Shown here: positions 37,340-51,500 of the stretch, one piece after another
Position numbering within the stretch: the stretch's first letter is position 1
How the letters are laid out: the number at the start of each line of letters is the position of its first letter
Origin: Girardia tigrina
Taxonomy: Eukaryota
Length of the DNA: 64,000 bases
Direction: 5' to 3'
Assembly: GCA_001938485.1 (NCBI GenBank)
Contig: MQRK01235299.1
Coordinates: 1-64,000, forward strand
The notes under the pieces: generated by a model
Told to the model about the DNA's origin: nothing
The model's database searches: none
The model's input: the letters and a program-made list of their open reading frames with translations, nothing else
Position numbers and translations under genes: made by a program

Positions 37340-37750
37340 ATTGAAGTGTTGGCCTCCAGATCGAGCTGTGAAGGCCAGTATCTCTTGAAAGTCCTGGAAG
37401 TTGTCGTTCGGCGGGACAGATCAGCCGGTCTCGTGCCGGCCAGGATTCGATAAGCTCCGACACACACCAGAAGGTGCATCGTTGAGTAGCGGTCGATCAA
37501 CCGTCTCGATGCGGCTCCCCATACAGCATCTACGTCTCCGTGACCGCCGACACCGTCCGAGAAGGTGGATGATTCCTTCGGTTCATCGATACGCGCCCCG
37601 AACGTGTATTTGTTTCGGTCGTGGGAATCCGCCATACGTCGCCAAATTGTGTGAGGCAATGGCGGACGTGATCAAACCGATTGAGGCCACTGTCGCGCAG
37701 TATGTTCAGAGTTATTTTCCATTCGAACAAAAAGACTGTCAACAAAGAGG
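37340..37750. pseudogene. GC-rich decayed gene fragment of unknown identity (possible NPPY-type methyltransferase)
   Basis: Sharp GC island with coding-like codon usage; VVG/NPPYV across a 1-nt frameshift at 37618-37640. Confidence 0.3.
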
Positions 37751-38922
37751 AGACATTTATTTGTTCCATTTAAATTTTTACACAATTTCATTTCTGTAAG
37801 TTTATTTAAACAATTGTTTCTTGTTCGAATTTTGATTTTTGATTTTTTTTTTCAGATTTTTCGAGCACCACGATTATATTTATTTACTTTTATATGGGTA
37901 AATTAAATATTTGCTCCTCTTTTATTTTAATAAAAATAAGCACGGATTTTTTGATTTAATGTGTAATATTAGCAAATCTATTCAATTTATTTATGCTAAA
38001 TAATATTTTTGATTCCATAATGAAATTTTTACACCAGAAAGTTTTTAAACTACTTTTTCATCAAATGAAATACAAATAAAAAGTCCATTTGAACAATCGG
38101 ATCACTAAATTTGTAAATACATTAACTCAATTAAAAAGACAATTAAAATGAGAGTAAATGTGGAGCGAAAATGGAAATAAATTAACCGAAAGAGCCAAAT
38201 TAAAATTTTACTTTTTTAAGTTCGCCGTATTCGCAATCTGTCAAGTCGAATTTAATCATCTTTAGGACAATTTTTGTGAAGAAAAAGATTGCCATAATAA
38301 ATATTGAGACGTAAAAGCTTTCTCACAGTTCAAAAATTATCAATATCTCGGATAATTATTACTTCAGTAATCAGTAAAAATCCCAATAATCTAAAGAGAT
38401 TATCTATGGCTTAGCCAGCAGGACGTATCTTCGTATAGCTTTCGTGGTTCAATTTTGACTTGATGTCATAAACTAAGTAGTCTGAATGCTTTGTTTCTTT
38501 TGTAACACTGCATCAGTATCGGAGACAATATTCCATTAATCCATTAGCATTAATACTTTTTCTTCTCGAATCTAAATACTGTCATAAATAGCTTCAAATA
38601 TACTTTCTTAAAAATCTCTTTTCCTGAAGTCTTGTGGCTTGACAGTGATCGCGATACATTTTGTTTACTTTTATGACAAGTATTTATAATGTGCCATGGC
38701 ACAAGACAATATCACAAGAACTTCAAACTCGATACACAATATGGATGAAATATCATCGTCAAAATATAAGTTTTATAATTTTTTTTAAAAAGTATTTAAA
38801 TTTATTTAAATCTAAGGTTCCAATGAAATGTAAGGTTAAGTTCACATTCAGAATAAAATGAAGTAATTATTGTAGTGTAGGAGAGTAAAGTATCTTTTAT
38901 TTAAAAATACATTTATCTAAGT

Positions 38923-39560
38923 CAGTGTCTCCAAACATTTTTCAATGAGGACCGGATGGAAAATTTGAAGATAGTCCGACAGGCCACATACAAATTATGG
39001 TATTAAAAATTTTTAATAAGTGAATACTCAGATAAATGATAAGTTTATTAATAATATGAACATACGCACCAGAATGTCTAATTTTAGATTAATAAATAGT
39101 CGCAAACGTTTTTTATATGAATAAAACTTACATGACATGCAATATTACATTCAGAGAAGTAAACTGAAACAGAAACAAAACCCTAAAAAAATTTCGGCAT
39201 CATGTTCAAACAAAATGATTTTTTATGAAAACGATGAAAGAAAGATCAGTTCCCTATAGATTTAACATATTTGACATAATTGAGACTTCCTATCCGACAA
39301 CCTTTAATTAAGAATTCTATAACACATCAAATGAATACATCAAGGCCACAATAATGTTTCTTATTGTCGGTTACGGAGAATTGTGAATAACTATCCTGAA
39401 CAAAAATATACTAAATACTAAAAAATACGGAGCACGAAAGAATTAAATAATCATTACATCAATATACGATATGCGTTGGCAGGTCCAAAGGTTTAAGGCC
39501 TGGCTGAATTGCGTGTATCATAATTGGTTCTTATTTAGCTTAGAGTTTGACTAAACATCT
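38923..39560. mobile_element. Decayed hAT (Charlie-like) MITE
   Basis: CAGTGTCTCCAAACATTTTT...GGCCACA left end; degenerate AGTTTGAC right end. Confidence 0.4.
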
Positions 39561-39944
39561 CTTTATTATTATTAATATGCAAACATCAATTTCTTTTAAT
39601 CAGTCTCTGTTTGAGAATATTAAAAAAATTAAATAGAAAAATTTTTAATAGTTTAGAAATTTCATGTAATCATTAATTTGGGTTATCAATAGAAAAATGT
39701 AAGTTAAGAATTGTATGTATTTTTTGTTTTTTTAATGTATTATTTTTATATAGAAATTGAAATTGCATAAAAAATTATTAGACGATATTGATTTTTTATT
39801 TCGAATGAAAATAAAATAAAATATTGTTTCTGAATCAAAATCCGCTTGAATGACATTAAAATTGAAATTATTAAAGAAAACCCAACAATCTCTAATATCT
39901 CCATCAATTCCCGAATCGGAAACCGAAGGTGAAAGACAAATGAT

Positions 39945-40190
39945 AGAATTCTTGATGTAGTAGATGTACCCAGCCACTGGTATCTCCGACAAAGCAATGT
40001 CAAACAGGAACAATCTCGTGAACGAAGTTTTTGAACGGATTGCAAGTGAGGTCAGACGATTAGCGCATTACAACAAGAAGTCGATGATCACAAGCAGAGA
40101 AATCCAGACGGAAGTGATATTACTGCTACCCGAAGAGTTGGCTAAGAACGCAGCAATTTGCAAATGAAATATGGCCCTCTTTAGAGCCAA
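39945..40190 (+). pseudogene. H2B: Histone H2B pseudogene fragment
   Basis: [62 protein letters not shown]; no N-terminal tail, stop where the SEG motif is expected. Confidence 0.9.
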
Positions 40191-40359
40191 ACCTGGTGAT
40201 TGGATAATAAATGCAAGTGATGAAAATTTTGATAACCAGCAATCAACAACAAGATTCGAGTTGAAAAACTCTGGACATGGCTGCCACGCACAACGATCAA
40301 TCACTCTGCAATCAATCTCATTGAGAAAAAACTTTTATTTTGACATAATCATTGTTTTT

Positions 40360-42000
40360 AATGTGGTTAAAATTGAGCAAAGATCTGTAATTAAATTTTT
40401 GATCAAAGAAGATCTTTTGCCAACAGTAATCAAATTGTAATTAAATGAAGTGTATAAAGAGAGTAATCCCTAATATATTAAACTGTAAAAGAGTGGGTTA
40501 AAGTATTTTAATTTGGTAATAGAAACACTTGACGACTATTATCTCTCTGATAAACCTGAGTTCAACCTGATCAGCAAGTTCTTAGCGAGATGCAGACAGG
40601 CTTCAGAAGGGACCGCAGCACTACGGAGCAGTTAACCAACTTAAGACAGATTTGTGAGAAAACAAGAGACCAAAAACGAGTAATTTGTCATAACTTTTTA
40701 GATTTCAAATAAAGCTTTTGACAGAGTGTGGCACGAAGCACTATGACACACAATCAATACACACAACATAGGAAAACATATCACGAAAATTATTAAGAGC
40801 CTTTACGAAGAAGCAAAGACAAAAATGTCGACAAGTGAACAATTTAGCGACTGGTTTAAATCATCAGTAGGAGTAAAACAAGGTTGTATTCTTTCACCAA
40901 CACTGTTCAACCTTTTTCTTGAGAGAATTGTTATGGAAGCAATAGACGATCTAGACGATGTTGGAATAAGCTGCGGAGGAACAAGAAAAACCAACCTACG
41001 ATTTGCTGATGACATAGACCTAATCGGCAAAGATGAGGCAGAGATTCAGGAACTTACGAACAGATTACACAAAGCGTCAAACAAATTTGGAATGAAAATC
41101 AACAAAAGCAAAATAATGGTTTCAGGAAACCATAACAACGAGGTTAAACTGAAGATTTTCATTGAAGGGGAGAAGCTGGAACAAGTTAAGAGTTTCAAAT
41201 ATTTAGGCTCTACTATCACATAGAATGGGGGAAGCGAAGAAGAAATCAGAAGCCGGATTGGTATATCAACAAGCGCAATGATTAAACTTAGCACAATTTT
41301 TAACCTCAAAGAAATCCATCTCAAGAGCAGATTAAAGATCACTAAGACTCTTGTCTGGACAAGACTCCTCTATGGATTCTAGAGTTGGACAATAAATCAG
41401 AAGAGTGTGGATAGACTTAAAGCGTTTGAAATGAAGTGCTACAGGAGAATGGTGAGGATCACGAGGAAAGAAATGAAAACAAATGAATTTGTTTGGATGA
41501 GAATGACAGAAATACTAGGTAAAAGACCGGAATCAATAGAAGAGATCATCAAGAGAAGGAAGCTGAAATTCTACGCTCATCAAATAAGAAAACAAGCACT
41601 AGCAAAGGTTATGATTGAGGGAAGAGTGGAAGGAGAAAGACCAAGAGGAAGACCAAAGAGGCAATGGATGGACTATTTAAAAAAATAGACTGGACTGAGT
41701 ATGGAATGTCTGAGAAAAGATACTACAAATAGAAAGATGTGGCGAAGGTTTGTTTATAATTGGGTGCACCCACGGCCCAACGGCTAAGGTCGAAAAGAAG
41801 AGAAGAAGATCAACATGAGGAGGAAATCACTCAAGGCATTATTGCTTTTGTGGAGGCCTACGTTCTATCTGACCGACATGTAAAAACTTAAAAAATAGCG
41901 AACGGCTTAGAGCAATTCAAAACAATCGTCCTCCCAATTCTTCATGAACAATGTACATGAATAAAGTTAGCGCAAGGTTGTGTATTTTACGTCATTCGAA
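40360..42000 (+). mobile_element. Decayed mariner N-terminus, split by the RTE insertion
   Basis: KIEQRSVIKFLIKE...TVKEWV before 40560; SDRHVKT...MNKVSAR after 41818. Confidence 0.6.
40571..41809 (+). mobile_element. 5'-truncated RTE-clade LINE (RT pseudogene), copy 1
   Basis: QTGFRRDRST, GVKQGCILSPTLFNLFLE, NLRFADDIDL, FKYLGS, GERPRGRPKRQW; (GAA)-rich tail; TSD TCAACCTGA/TCAACATGA. Confidence 0.92.
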
Positions 42001-42369
42001 TGTTCACATACAGAAACAAGTGAGAGGCTGGGAAGAGTTTTTAGATGAATATAACTCTAACCTGAAAAACGTTTTAAATTAAATAAGATTCATAAGAAAG
42101 AAGACCATATGTAGAGTTGTACAGAAAAGATATAATTATTCAGTTAATTTTAGATACCGATGCTAAAGTAAATGTTATTGAAGCTAACATAATCAAAGAG
42201 ATGAAAAATGTTAAGAAATTTCTAACTTGTTCAAATGTCTCGAAACTAAGACATTATAGAACTGTAGTCTAAAAGTCATACTTGAATTGCAAAATATAAT
42301 GCTGTTATGAGGGGTTAATTTAAATTTCCATCTCGCCAGAATAATTTATTATTTTTTTAATTTAAAGGT

Positions 42370-42850
42370 AAAATATTTTAATGTTAATATGCGTATTAAA
42401 TATTTTAAAAAATTAAAAAAGGATATAATAAAACAACTAATAAAAAATCAAATACGTACTTAAAAATAAAATATGTTTTTTAATGTGTTTTTTAAAAATA
42501 TTTCAAAAATTAAAAATGATATAATAAAAGAAAATCTTAAAAAAATTAAATATCAATTTAAAAATAAAAAATATCTTTTTAATGTGTCTATTAAATATCT
42601 TAAAATTAAAAATGATAAGAAAACTATTAAATATTAAATATTTATTTTATAAATAAAAAATATTTTTACAGTCATAACAATTTATATATTTTAATAGAAA
42701 TTATGAAACAATTTTAAATAAATTTGAAAATAAATTTTTAGTTTTAATGGGAAAATTATATAATAAATTTGCAAAATTTTAAATAAATTTTGAAATAAAT
42801 TTTTAGTTAAAATGTGAAGATTATTTAATAAATTTGCAAAATTTTAGAAA
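42370..42850. repeat. Degenerate AT-rich tandem repeats (about 100 bp x3, then about 65 bp x2)
   Basis: Recurrent AAAATTAAAAATGATATAA and AATAAATTTGCAAAATTTT blocks. Confidence 0.55.
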
Positions 42851-44633
42851 TTGAATCGAAAAATTTAATAGATTGATTCGTTGCGAGAAAATTAAATTAA
42901 CAGAACAATTTGTTTAAATGTGTGAATTTTTGTTATAGTAATAAATTTTTATGTTAAAAAAGTGAATCCTGATATTGAGGTTGCAACCACTTCTCACAGT
43001 CGTAAAGGGGTTAGATTCCAAAATGCATTAATGTTCAAGTGATTTACATAAAAATCACCTATTATTTTATGAATAAAATGTAAGTTTTATACAAAAGTGT
43101 TTCTGTTTTATTTTTCTTCTGATTTTTTTGCGGCGGGTTTTTATTTGAGAAATGTTTTATCCTGGGGGTCTGTGTCCTAAAAACTAAACATTAGTCAACT
43201 AGAGAGTAGTATCGTTATTGCCAAGCTAATATTATATTATATCTTCTATCACTATTTAATTTTTAATAATGCATCCTATCTTTTGGTGAGATAAATTAAA
43301 AATTTCTTAGATTTAACAAATGTATGATTTTTATATAATACATTTCAATGTTAGCAATGCACATCCCTTTTCGATATGTAAAATTTTTGCAGCTTCCTTG
43401 ATTATAGTTTAAATCTGTTTTTTCCATCCTAAGATTATTATGAGCAGTTAGTTAATTTTTAATTGAAATCAAATTCAAAATTTAAAATTATTACTTAAAA
43501 TTTGAATTTGAAAATATTCTTTATAAATTAATTTGAATTAAAATATTATTTTAGTTGAAAATGAGTTGATCAAAACAGATCTCATTAAGTAGTTTTAAAA
43601 TTAATAATTTTAGTCAAAAATATTTGTTAAAATTTTAAATTAAAAGAAGTATAGGATAAAAAAATTAAATATTTAAAATATAAAAAATTGAATATTAAAT
43701 ATAAGGTATTTTCAAAAATTTCAAAAAATAGTAAAAATATTATAAAATACTTTTTTAAAACGCAAAATTAAAAACAGCATGTTGTGGAGAATAATGAAGA
43801 ATAAGAAGTTCCTAAATTGTATTAAATAAAAAAAACGCGTTTTTTCAACATAAACGGAATATTAAAACAAAAATATACAAATCGAAGTAACATGATTATT
43901 ATTTTCGATTATCGTCTTATCCTACATCTCTACCAGATTCGTCAGAACTCGAATCTCCCTCAACGACGTAGTCATCCAAGTATTTGGTATTTATCTGTTC
44001 CAGTTGTTGTTTCATTATACATTCAACCCTCAAATTTTGTTTTAGTCGACCCTATGGCATTTATCATCGCTAGTGGTACACCTAAGTAGTTTTAGTTCCT
44101 CTTGTCATGAATCACAATCTCGAACGATTTTCAGTATTAAATATAAAATATTGTTTATAAAATACAATATTCCTCTTAATATAAATCGTAAAGTTCAACC
44201 ATCCTCTAAAACTGCGTCCCCTTGTAACTCACTAGCAAAATAATCCCGACAAATAAGTTCAAAAGTACTTGTCCTTAGACCTCAGACATTCGGCTTTCAG
44301 TTCAAGTACTATTTGAAATTGTTATTAATGATGAAAAATTAATCCCAAACATCCTTCGTTATCTTTCCAAGAAATTTAAATTATAATAATTCTTTGATAT
44401 TTCCGACATCCTCCATCGAATGAAGAAAAGTTATCAATGGAAATATATTATATATCAAATAATACAGAGTCAACACAACACGCATATCAAATTAATAAAT
44501 TAAAATATAATTTTAATCATGACAAATATATAAATTAAAATTTCCATTTGTTATCAAGAATTAAGCTAATATTATCGAGTCAGTTATATAAATGCTTCAT
44601 TAACAGTGTAAAGTTTATATAAATTCTATGTGA

Positions 44634-45119
44634 TTAACTATGCGCAACTACCATTGAGCCCGTACTAGATTTTCTTGACGGAATGGAACCCGTCGACGTT
44701 TTTCGAACGGCTGGTAATGATCCGTCAATAATCGACGGTCTTCTTGATATGGAACCCACACTCGACTTCCTAGACGGATTGGACCCTGTAGACGTTTTCC
44801 TGGTGGGGTTGTTTGCAGAAACTGTTAATGCACCTGAGAGCGAATCGCAATTTGTGTTAATCGATTTGTTTTGTAGTTTGGTATAAAATTCTAATTGACT
44901 CTTGACGGGTTTCAATAATATCTCCTACGATTTATTCGTAAACATGTTCATATTTGATAGAAACAAAATTACTTCTGTAAATGGGAATAATTCGATAAAT
45001 AATTCGAATAAAGGCATAATGACGAATTTGATAAATCCACATTGACTATTTGATTTTGTTACCTTTTCTCTGTCCATAAAAGGGGCCCACGGTAACCCTT
45101 TCTGTTTTTCTACATCACT
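44634..45119 (-). CDS. PDE9A: Last two exons of PDE9-like gene (48-nt intron 44925-44972)
   Basis: ttacAG|SDVEKQKGLPWAPFMDREKV...; final exon ends with RKxS repeats and TAA. Confidence 0.9.
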
Positions 45120-45149
45120 CTGTAAAGAAAAGGTTTTTATTTATTATTT

Positions 45150-45198
<49 letters not shown>

Positions 45199-48100
45199 AT
45201 TACTTATGTTAATATTTGATTATTTTATAATTAATTTATATTTTCATCGTAATTATAATGATTATATTATTATGCTTGTAATTATGATTACGACCATGAT
45301 AATAATATATTTTTATTATTATAATTAATGTAATTTATTTCAAGAAACATATTTTACCACCAAATTGATAGTTTAAAATGCTCGTCTTGACAAGTTAATT
45401 CCATTTATGAAATAAATAATAACATATAATATTAAATAATACATGTGAAAAGTTTATAGAATTGAAATAAAATATTTCACATCTTCACCGTTATTGAATT
45501 CCATTAAGGACCTTAAGGAAAAGCTTTTAACTTAGATGGAATTTTCGAATATCAGTAAAGTGATCAAAAAATAGTGAATTATACCTTTGAAAATTAGAAT
45601 AATAAACTGGTTCCTAAAAAGCAAATCTTGTGTGAGATCTTGTACGATCATGCAATCCGGCATTACTTCATATTCGTTACAACCTTTTTGTAAAGGGTTA
45701 TAAAAGTAATTAACGAATTTACAAAGAAAATAATTAGTAAATTAAATTTATCATTTAAATTTTTAGAAAATAAAAAGACAATTATTGTTAATAATCATTT
45801 GATAATACAACAATCTTGATTGTTATATAAAATCGTATTCGATTTTCATCTGATAAGATTCCCTTTTCCTTTTTCACATTAAACATAGATTAAGGAACAT
45901 TAATTATAGTAATTCTAAATGGCCATGACCCCTCCTCTTTCATCTGTCACCCTTAATTTTCTTACAGTCTAAATGTACATTAAAAATATTTATTTTCATT
46001 ATTATTCCATCAAATAAAAACTAAGGCCATTACGATTTTATTTAAATGAAGTATAAAAGGAAATGAACTATTAAAAAATATTATATTTAACCATGTGGAA
46101 ATAGCGTCTTCCTTCATAGTAACATTAATTTTCTAGTAAATGTTAATAACTAAAGCAAAATTAATACCCTCACACAAATATAGAACTAGAAACACTAATG
46201 GAAGCTAATGTTTTGTATGAATTAGTTCAAGATTAGAGCACAAGTTAATTGTTAATTACATCCTTCTGTTTAATTACATCTCCCTTAATTAATCCCCAAG
46301 AAGTAAAATACACAAGTCCTAATGACCTTTAATTAACACGCAACAGAGCAGGTCCGTTCGTACGTCCGTCCGTTTTTTAAAGGGTAAATTTTCCCCAATT
46401 TTCAGTGTCATCAAAAACATCTCTTTTTATAGAAAAAAGGAAACAGAGAAAATTGTTTATTATAAAGAAAAAAAATATATATGACACTTGAGGCAAATAG
46501 AATTAGCAGAATTTTTTCGCCTTTATTTTTGGAGTCAAAACAAATATTATTTTCATTCCCCATAACAAAAATAACACAGAAAAACAAATAATTTCAGATT
46601 CAGCAAAATATATCGAATTTCAAACAACGCAAATGGAGAATAATAATTGCCGTCCCGCGATCGACGCCCAACGCCTCTGTTCGGAAAGTGTTTTTAATTC
46701 TTTCTTTTTCTTTTCATTTGTATTTGATTTCTTTTTAATTTTCATTTTGTTGTTAATAAATTGTTTTAACAAAAAAAATCATAATTAGATTTTAAGTGAT
46801 TAAATTTTTTCGTCTACTTTTTCCTGTTTCTCTAAATGAAGATCAAGAGAATAAAAAAGCACTTTGTTAAAAAATTACAGAAAATTATGTTATTATGTCC
46901 CTCACAAAAACTATTGTAACTATATTAGAATGTTTTGTCACATCCATTTGCGCCTCCAGATAACCATTTACTTTGTTTCATGCACAACTTAAATGGTAGA
47001 ATACTTAACCCTTTCCTGACTATTGATGCGTTATGGAATCATACTTCATTTGACTTCACAGGCATCTATTGGAGAATAAGAATAACATTTTTATTCCTGA
47101 TCGATAAGGAAGATTTCTCTTCTTAAAGACAAATTATGTTAACACGTATTTTGTCAACTGTCCTTTTGGTTTTATCATTTGAAAGTTTCACAAAGTGATT
47201 TAATGATTTTTAATTCAGCCCGGAAAGCGTAATAATGATCATGATGTAGTCACATATAATTCAGTTATTTGCTAGCAAAAATCAGAAGTTTTATTAACAT
47301 TTTTTAATAATACTGCCTGTAAAAAGATTCCACTAGATGGTTGGCAGAAAACTGACATTACCTAAATAGCTTTAGTAAATTTTGAATTTGTATTCTTTTT
47401 AAAATCCACAATCTTTTAGTTGCTAACTCAATACATGAAACAATGCCAAATAATGACAAAAGAGAAAATTTATCCATGTTTGAAATGGCGATGTTATTGG
47501 GTTCTTTGTGGTCATCATAAACGTAATAGCTTTGTGGTCTGTTCTCAACAAGAATCTTTTCCCATATAAGAAATGCTTAAAATGCTGAGTGAAATAGTAT
47601 ATCGCTAGTANNTCTTTTCTGGTAATGCAATAACCAAGTTCATGTTTATTCATCTTATGAGAACCATATGCAATAACTCTTTCTCTTCCACTCAAGTCTT
47701 TTTGTGACAGTACTGCTCCAATCGTATCGAAATTTGCATCTGTGTCCAATATAAATTCTTTATCGAATTCTGGATACGCCAAGATTGGAGTTTGAACCAT
47801 TCTTTCTTTTAATCTCTGAAAAGCTTCGTCACATTCTTTTGTCCACATTATTTTCTTATCCTTGTTTTTACCACACATGCCTTCTAAAACTTTCGAATAT
47901 CTTGCATAATCTTTTATGAATTTTCTGTAATAATTTGTCAAACCCAAGAAACTCCTTAGATGTTTAATACATGATGAGTTTTGAAATTACATTACATAAT
48001 TACATTCATAATCAACTAAAAATGCTAAACATATTATTAAATGTTTCTATCCGACTTGTTCAAGTTATCCGGAATGGATTGATGAATAATTATCGCTTTA

Positions 48101-48511
48101 TACTGATCCTGCAGAATATTTTATCAATTTCTTAGTAACTATATTAACTATGTACAAAGGGAAAATAATTTCTTTGACTCTTCAACTGGACTTAATTAAT
48201 AATTAATAAAAATGTTTGAACGCCCATCGGAAAGACGGGACGAACGCGACCGATCTGTTAATGATCATTGTGAATTAATTGACGTCGAAAAAGTGTCAAT
48301 GAATGTCTCGTTTGCTTTTTATTAAAAATAACTAAGTAAAATGAATTAATTTTAAAATTATTTTTAACTATTTTAAAATTAGAAAAATTTCATTTAAAAT
48401 ATTAATTATTATTTCTGTGTATCATTCGGATCATGTACTATAGGAGATCGAATGATCTTGTAAGACTTCTAATATTAAAAATTCCAGTAATATTTGAAAG
48501 AATGTTAGAAA

Positions 48512-48548
<37 letters not shown>

Positions 48549-51500
48549 GTGAGGAATATTTCAAATTGTTTGAATGTGTGAATGTCTTGATGTTGTATGC
48601 TGATTCGAATATGTTGAATTTAGAATGGTGATTCTCCCACCAGATGGAAATTGGTATTTTATTTATTTACAGTGATAGACTATTCGAACATGATTAAAAT
48701 AATAATGTGATAAGTTCATATTTTTAAAATTAACAATTAAAATTAAGTTTAATATTTTTAAGGAAAAGAAAAGCATTTAATTGGATATAAATAAAATTTA
48801 TAAAATTTAAATTAAATTCATTTTTAATAATTTGATAACATCTTTATTATTAAGGGTTTTTATTAAGAAATGGTTAAAATTATTATTTTTAATTAGTATT
48901 TTTAGAAATTAAATATTTAAAAAAAACTTAGAAAAATTGTTCGAATAATCAATACTAAAAAAATATTACAATACAATTAGTATTACAATAGTTATGTATT
49001 ATGAATAAAAATCATTCAATTACCAAAGTTGTACTTTCAAAGAATGGTTTAAGAAATGGTAATGAGTCTCAGGAATGGTAAACAAAATGTGCTTCGTATA
49101 TACCAATTTGTAATTTACTTGTATACATTTTACATGCGCCAAGTTTAAGAAAATTCCCTTATTTGTAACCCAGTAAAAATAAATTATTAAAGATAATAAA
49201 TTTAAAAATCTTCCAACATTAATCTTCCAACATTTAGCAATTTTTAATTTAAATCGAATTGCTTCCCTACAATAAGATAGGATGGCTCCATCGTTAGTTG
49301 TATGGTGTCAGTTGATCATAAAGAGGCTTGACAGAATGACAAACAGAGACTGTTCCCGTCTCTTTGAAAAAGATGTTGCTTTAGAGTTGTCATATTTTGG
49401 TAGAATGATGATGAAGATTTTCTGCAATTCGTAAACAGAGACGATAAATATTCGCAGTAGACAATGATGTCTTGGAGTAATTATTGCCGATATAGTTTTT
49501 AAATATATCATTTTGAAAGTTTTTCCAAAAAAACAAAAGAGCGAAATTTGACAAGATTTGAAAAATTTTCGAAATTTAGATCGTCGAATATTATGTAGAA
49601 ATTGAAGTGACTGACCTAACATAAAACGTATTAAGGTCAATTAATTAAATTAATTATTTTAATTAATCAAAATAATATCAAATTTGAAATGGACTTTGTC
49701 TGAATTAAATTACATAAACCTTGTCAAATGAAGTAAATCGCAAAAAAGATTCTTCACTTTCGTGCCATTGATAATTAAAAAAAATAAAATATTTTAAAAT
49801 GAAAATAAGTCAAATTAATGGGTGGCAATTATCGGAATTATATTCAAAAATAAGCTAAACTGAATGGGAACTGATGGGAAATTCCGTGAAAGAAAGTATT
49901 TGATTGTAAAAATAAAAGGAGATTACTTTTTGAACCAAAGAAATAAAGCTTTGGTGACCACAGAATATAAGACCGAAGAAGATCGTATTTACTAGATGAA
50001 ATCAGTTGACGAGTCCCTAAAGATAATCAAAAAAGACAAAAAAAGTAATAATAGGACATTGATTTTTTTTAAATATGACGCTTATTAGTGAAGTTGTTTA
50101 AAAAATGTAGCATGAGCTAAAACGTAAGAAATCAGAGAAAAAACAAATGAATACTGTGAAGGCCAGGCTCAGTCTTAAATTTTTTGAAACAATTAATTTT
50201 TTATAAAGAATTTCTAAAATAAGGAAATATGTAAAATCAAAATTTTTTCTAAACAATTATAATTTAAAAAAATATATCTTAATAATTTTAAAAAGTTATT
50301 TTCGGAAATAATCAAATTTTAATTGTAGAGTTAAAAACTTAAAGGGAAATTAATTGGGAAATAATGGATTTTCAAATAATTGATTTAAAAGAAATATATA
50401 AAGACAAGGATAATTATGTTTGTACTAATTTTAAAAGTTATTCTAAAAAATAAAATAATGAACTTTGTTGCCAGAGATGTAAAGTAAAAAAACNNNNNNN
50501 NNNNNATTTTAAAGTTAGTTTGAAATTCTGCAAATTAAAGATTTGACAAATACTTAATTCTAAACAGTTTTCGTAAAAAGAAATAAAGATTAAAACTTTT
50601 ATCATTAATGTATCGTAATAATAATAAAATTTGAATACTGTAAATTATTTTTTGTATTTAAAATTTGTATAGTATATAAAATAATTTTAGGTAAAAAATA
50701 CTTTTAAACTGAAATATTGATAATAAATAGAACGTTAAAATCTTTATTAATTAAAAAACGTTTCACAAATAAAAGAAAATAACATTAATTTAATTCTTAA
50801 ATAATAAAAAAATCATTTTGGTTAATTTAGTAAAAATATGACTACAATAAATTATGTTAGTTTTAATTTAAATTAAGTAGCATAAAATAGTGGAATGTAA
50901 ATTTTTAAAATAAAGAAAATAAAAAAATTTCAATTTGAAAATAGCATATCAGTATCTATAGTTCCATATTTTTATATAAAAATCTGGTCAAAAAAGAAAA
51001 CGAAGAAAATTTCTTCGACGAAAAATTGTTATTAAAAAAATTGTTTGAATAATTGTTAATTGTGTTATAAATAAAATTTTGGTGTTAATGAGTCTTAATC
51101 TCGATCAAGAACCCAACAAATACTTTACAAACAACAATTGCTGCAGCTTATTTGATCAATACAAAATGTACTCAAATGGGCAATAACTATAGTAACAGAT
51201 AACTCATAATAGTATCAGTGATTATATAGAAAAACCATTTAAAATATGAATTATAATACTATTTAGAGATTAAGCATTTAAACAATTCGAAATTTAATGA
51301 TTTTATTCATCAACAACATACAATTTATCTTGATATAATTTTCATTTAACTATTCCGTTTAACTTAACTTTCCAACAAGTCACAAAACTGGCGGCCGAAC
51401 TCACAATGCCTAAAATATTCGGTTGGTCGAAAAATAATGGCGGTTTTTGAGCTTTATACTTTGTTTATCTACTTTGATATGTATATAAGTTTAAATGCAT

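Noticed and set aside
46344-48257. Possible TIR pair CAGAGCAGGTCCGTTCGT / ACGAACGCGACCGATCTG around the Gypsy fragment
   Set aside because: Degenerate match and no TSD
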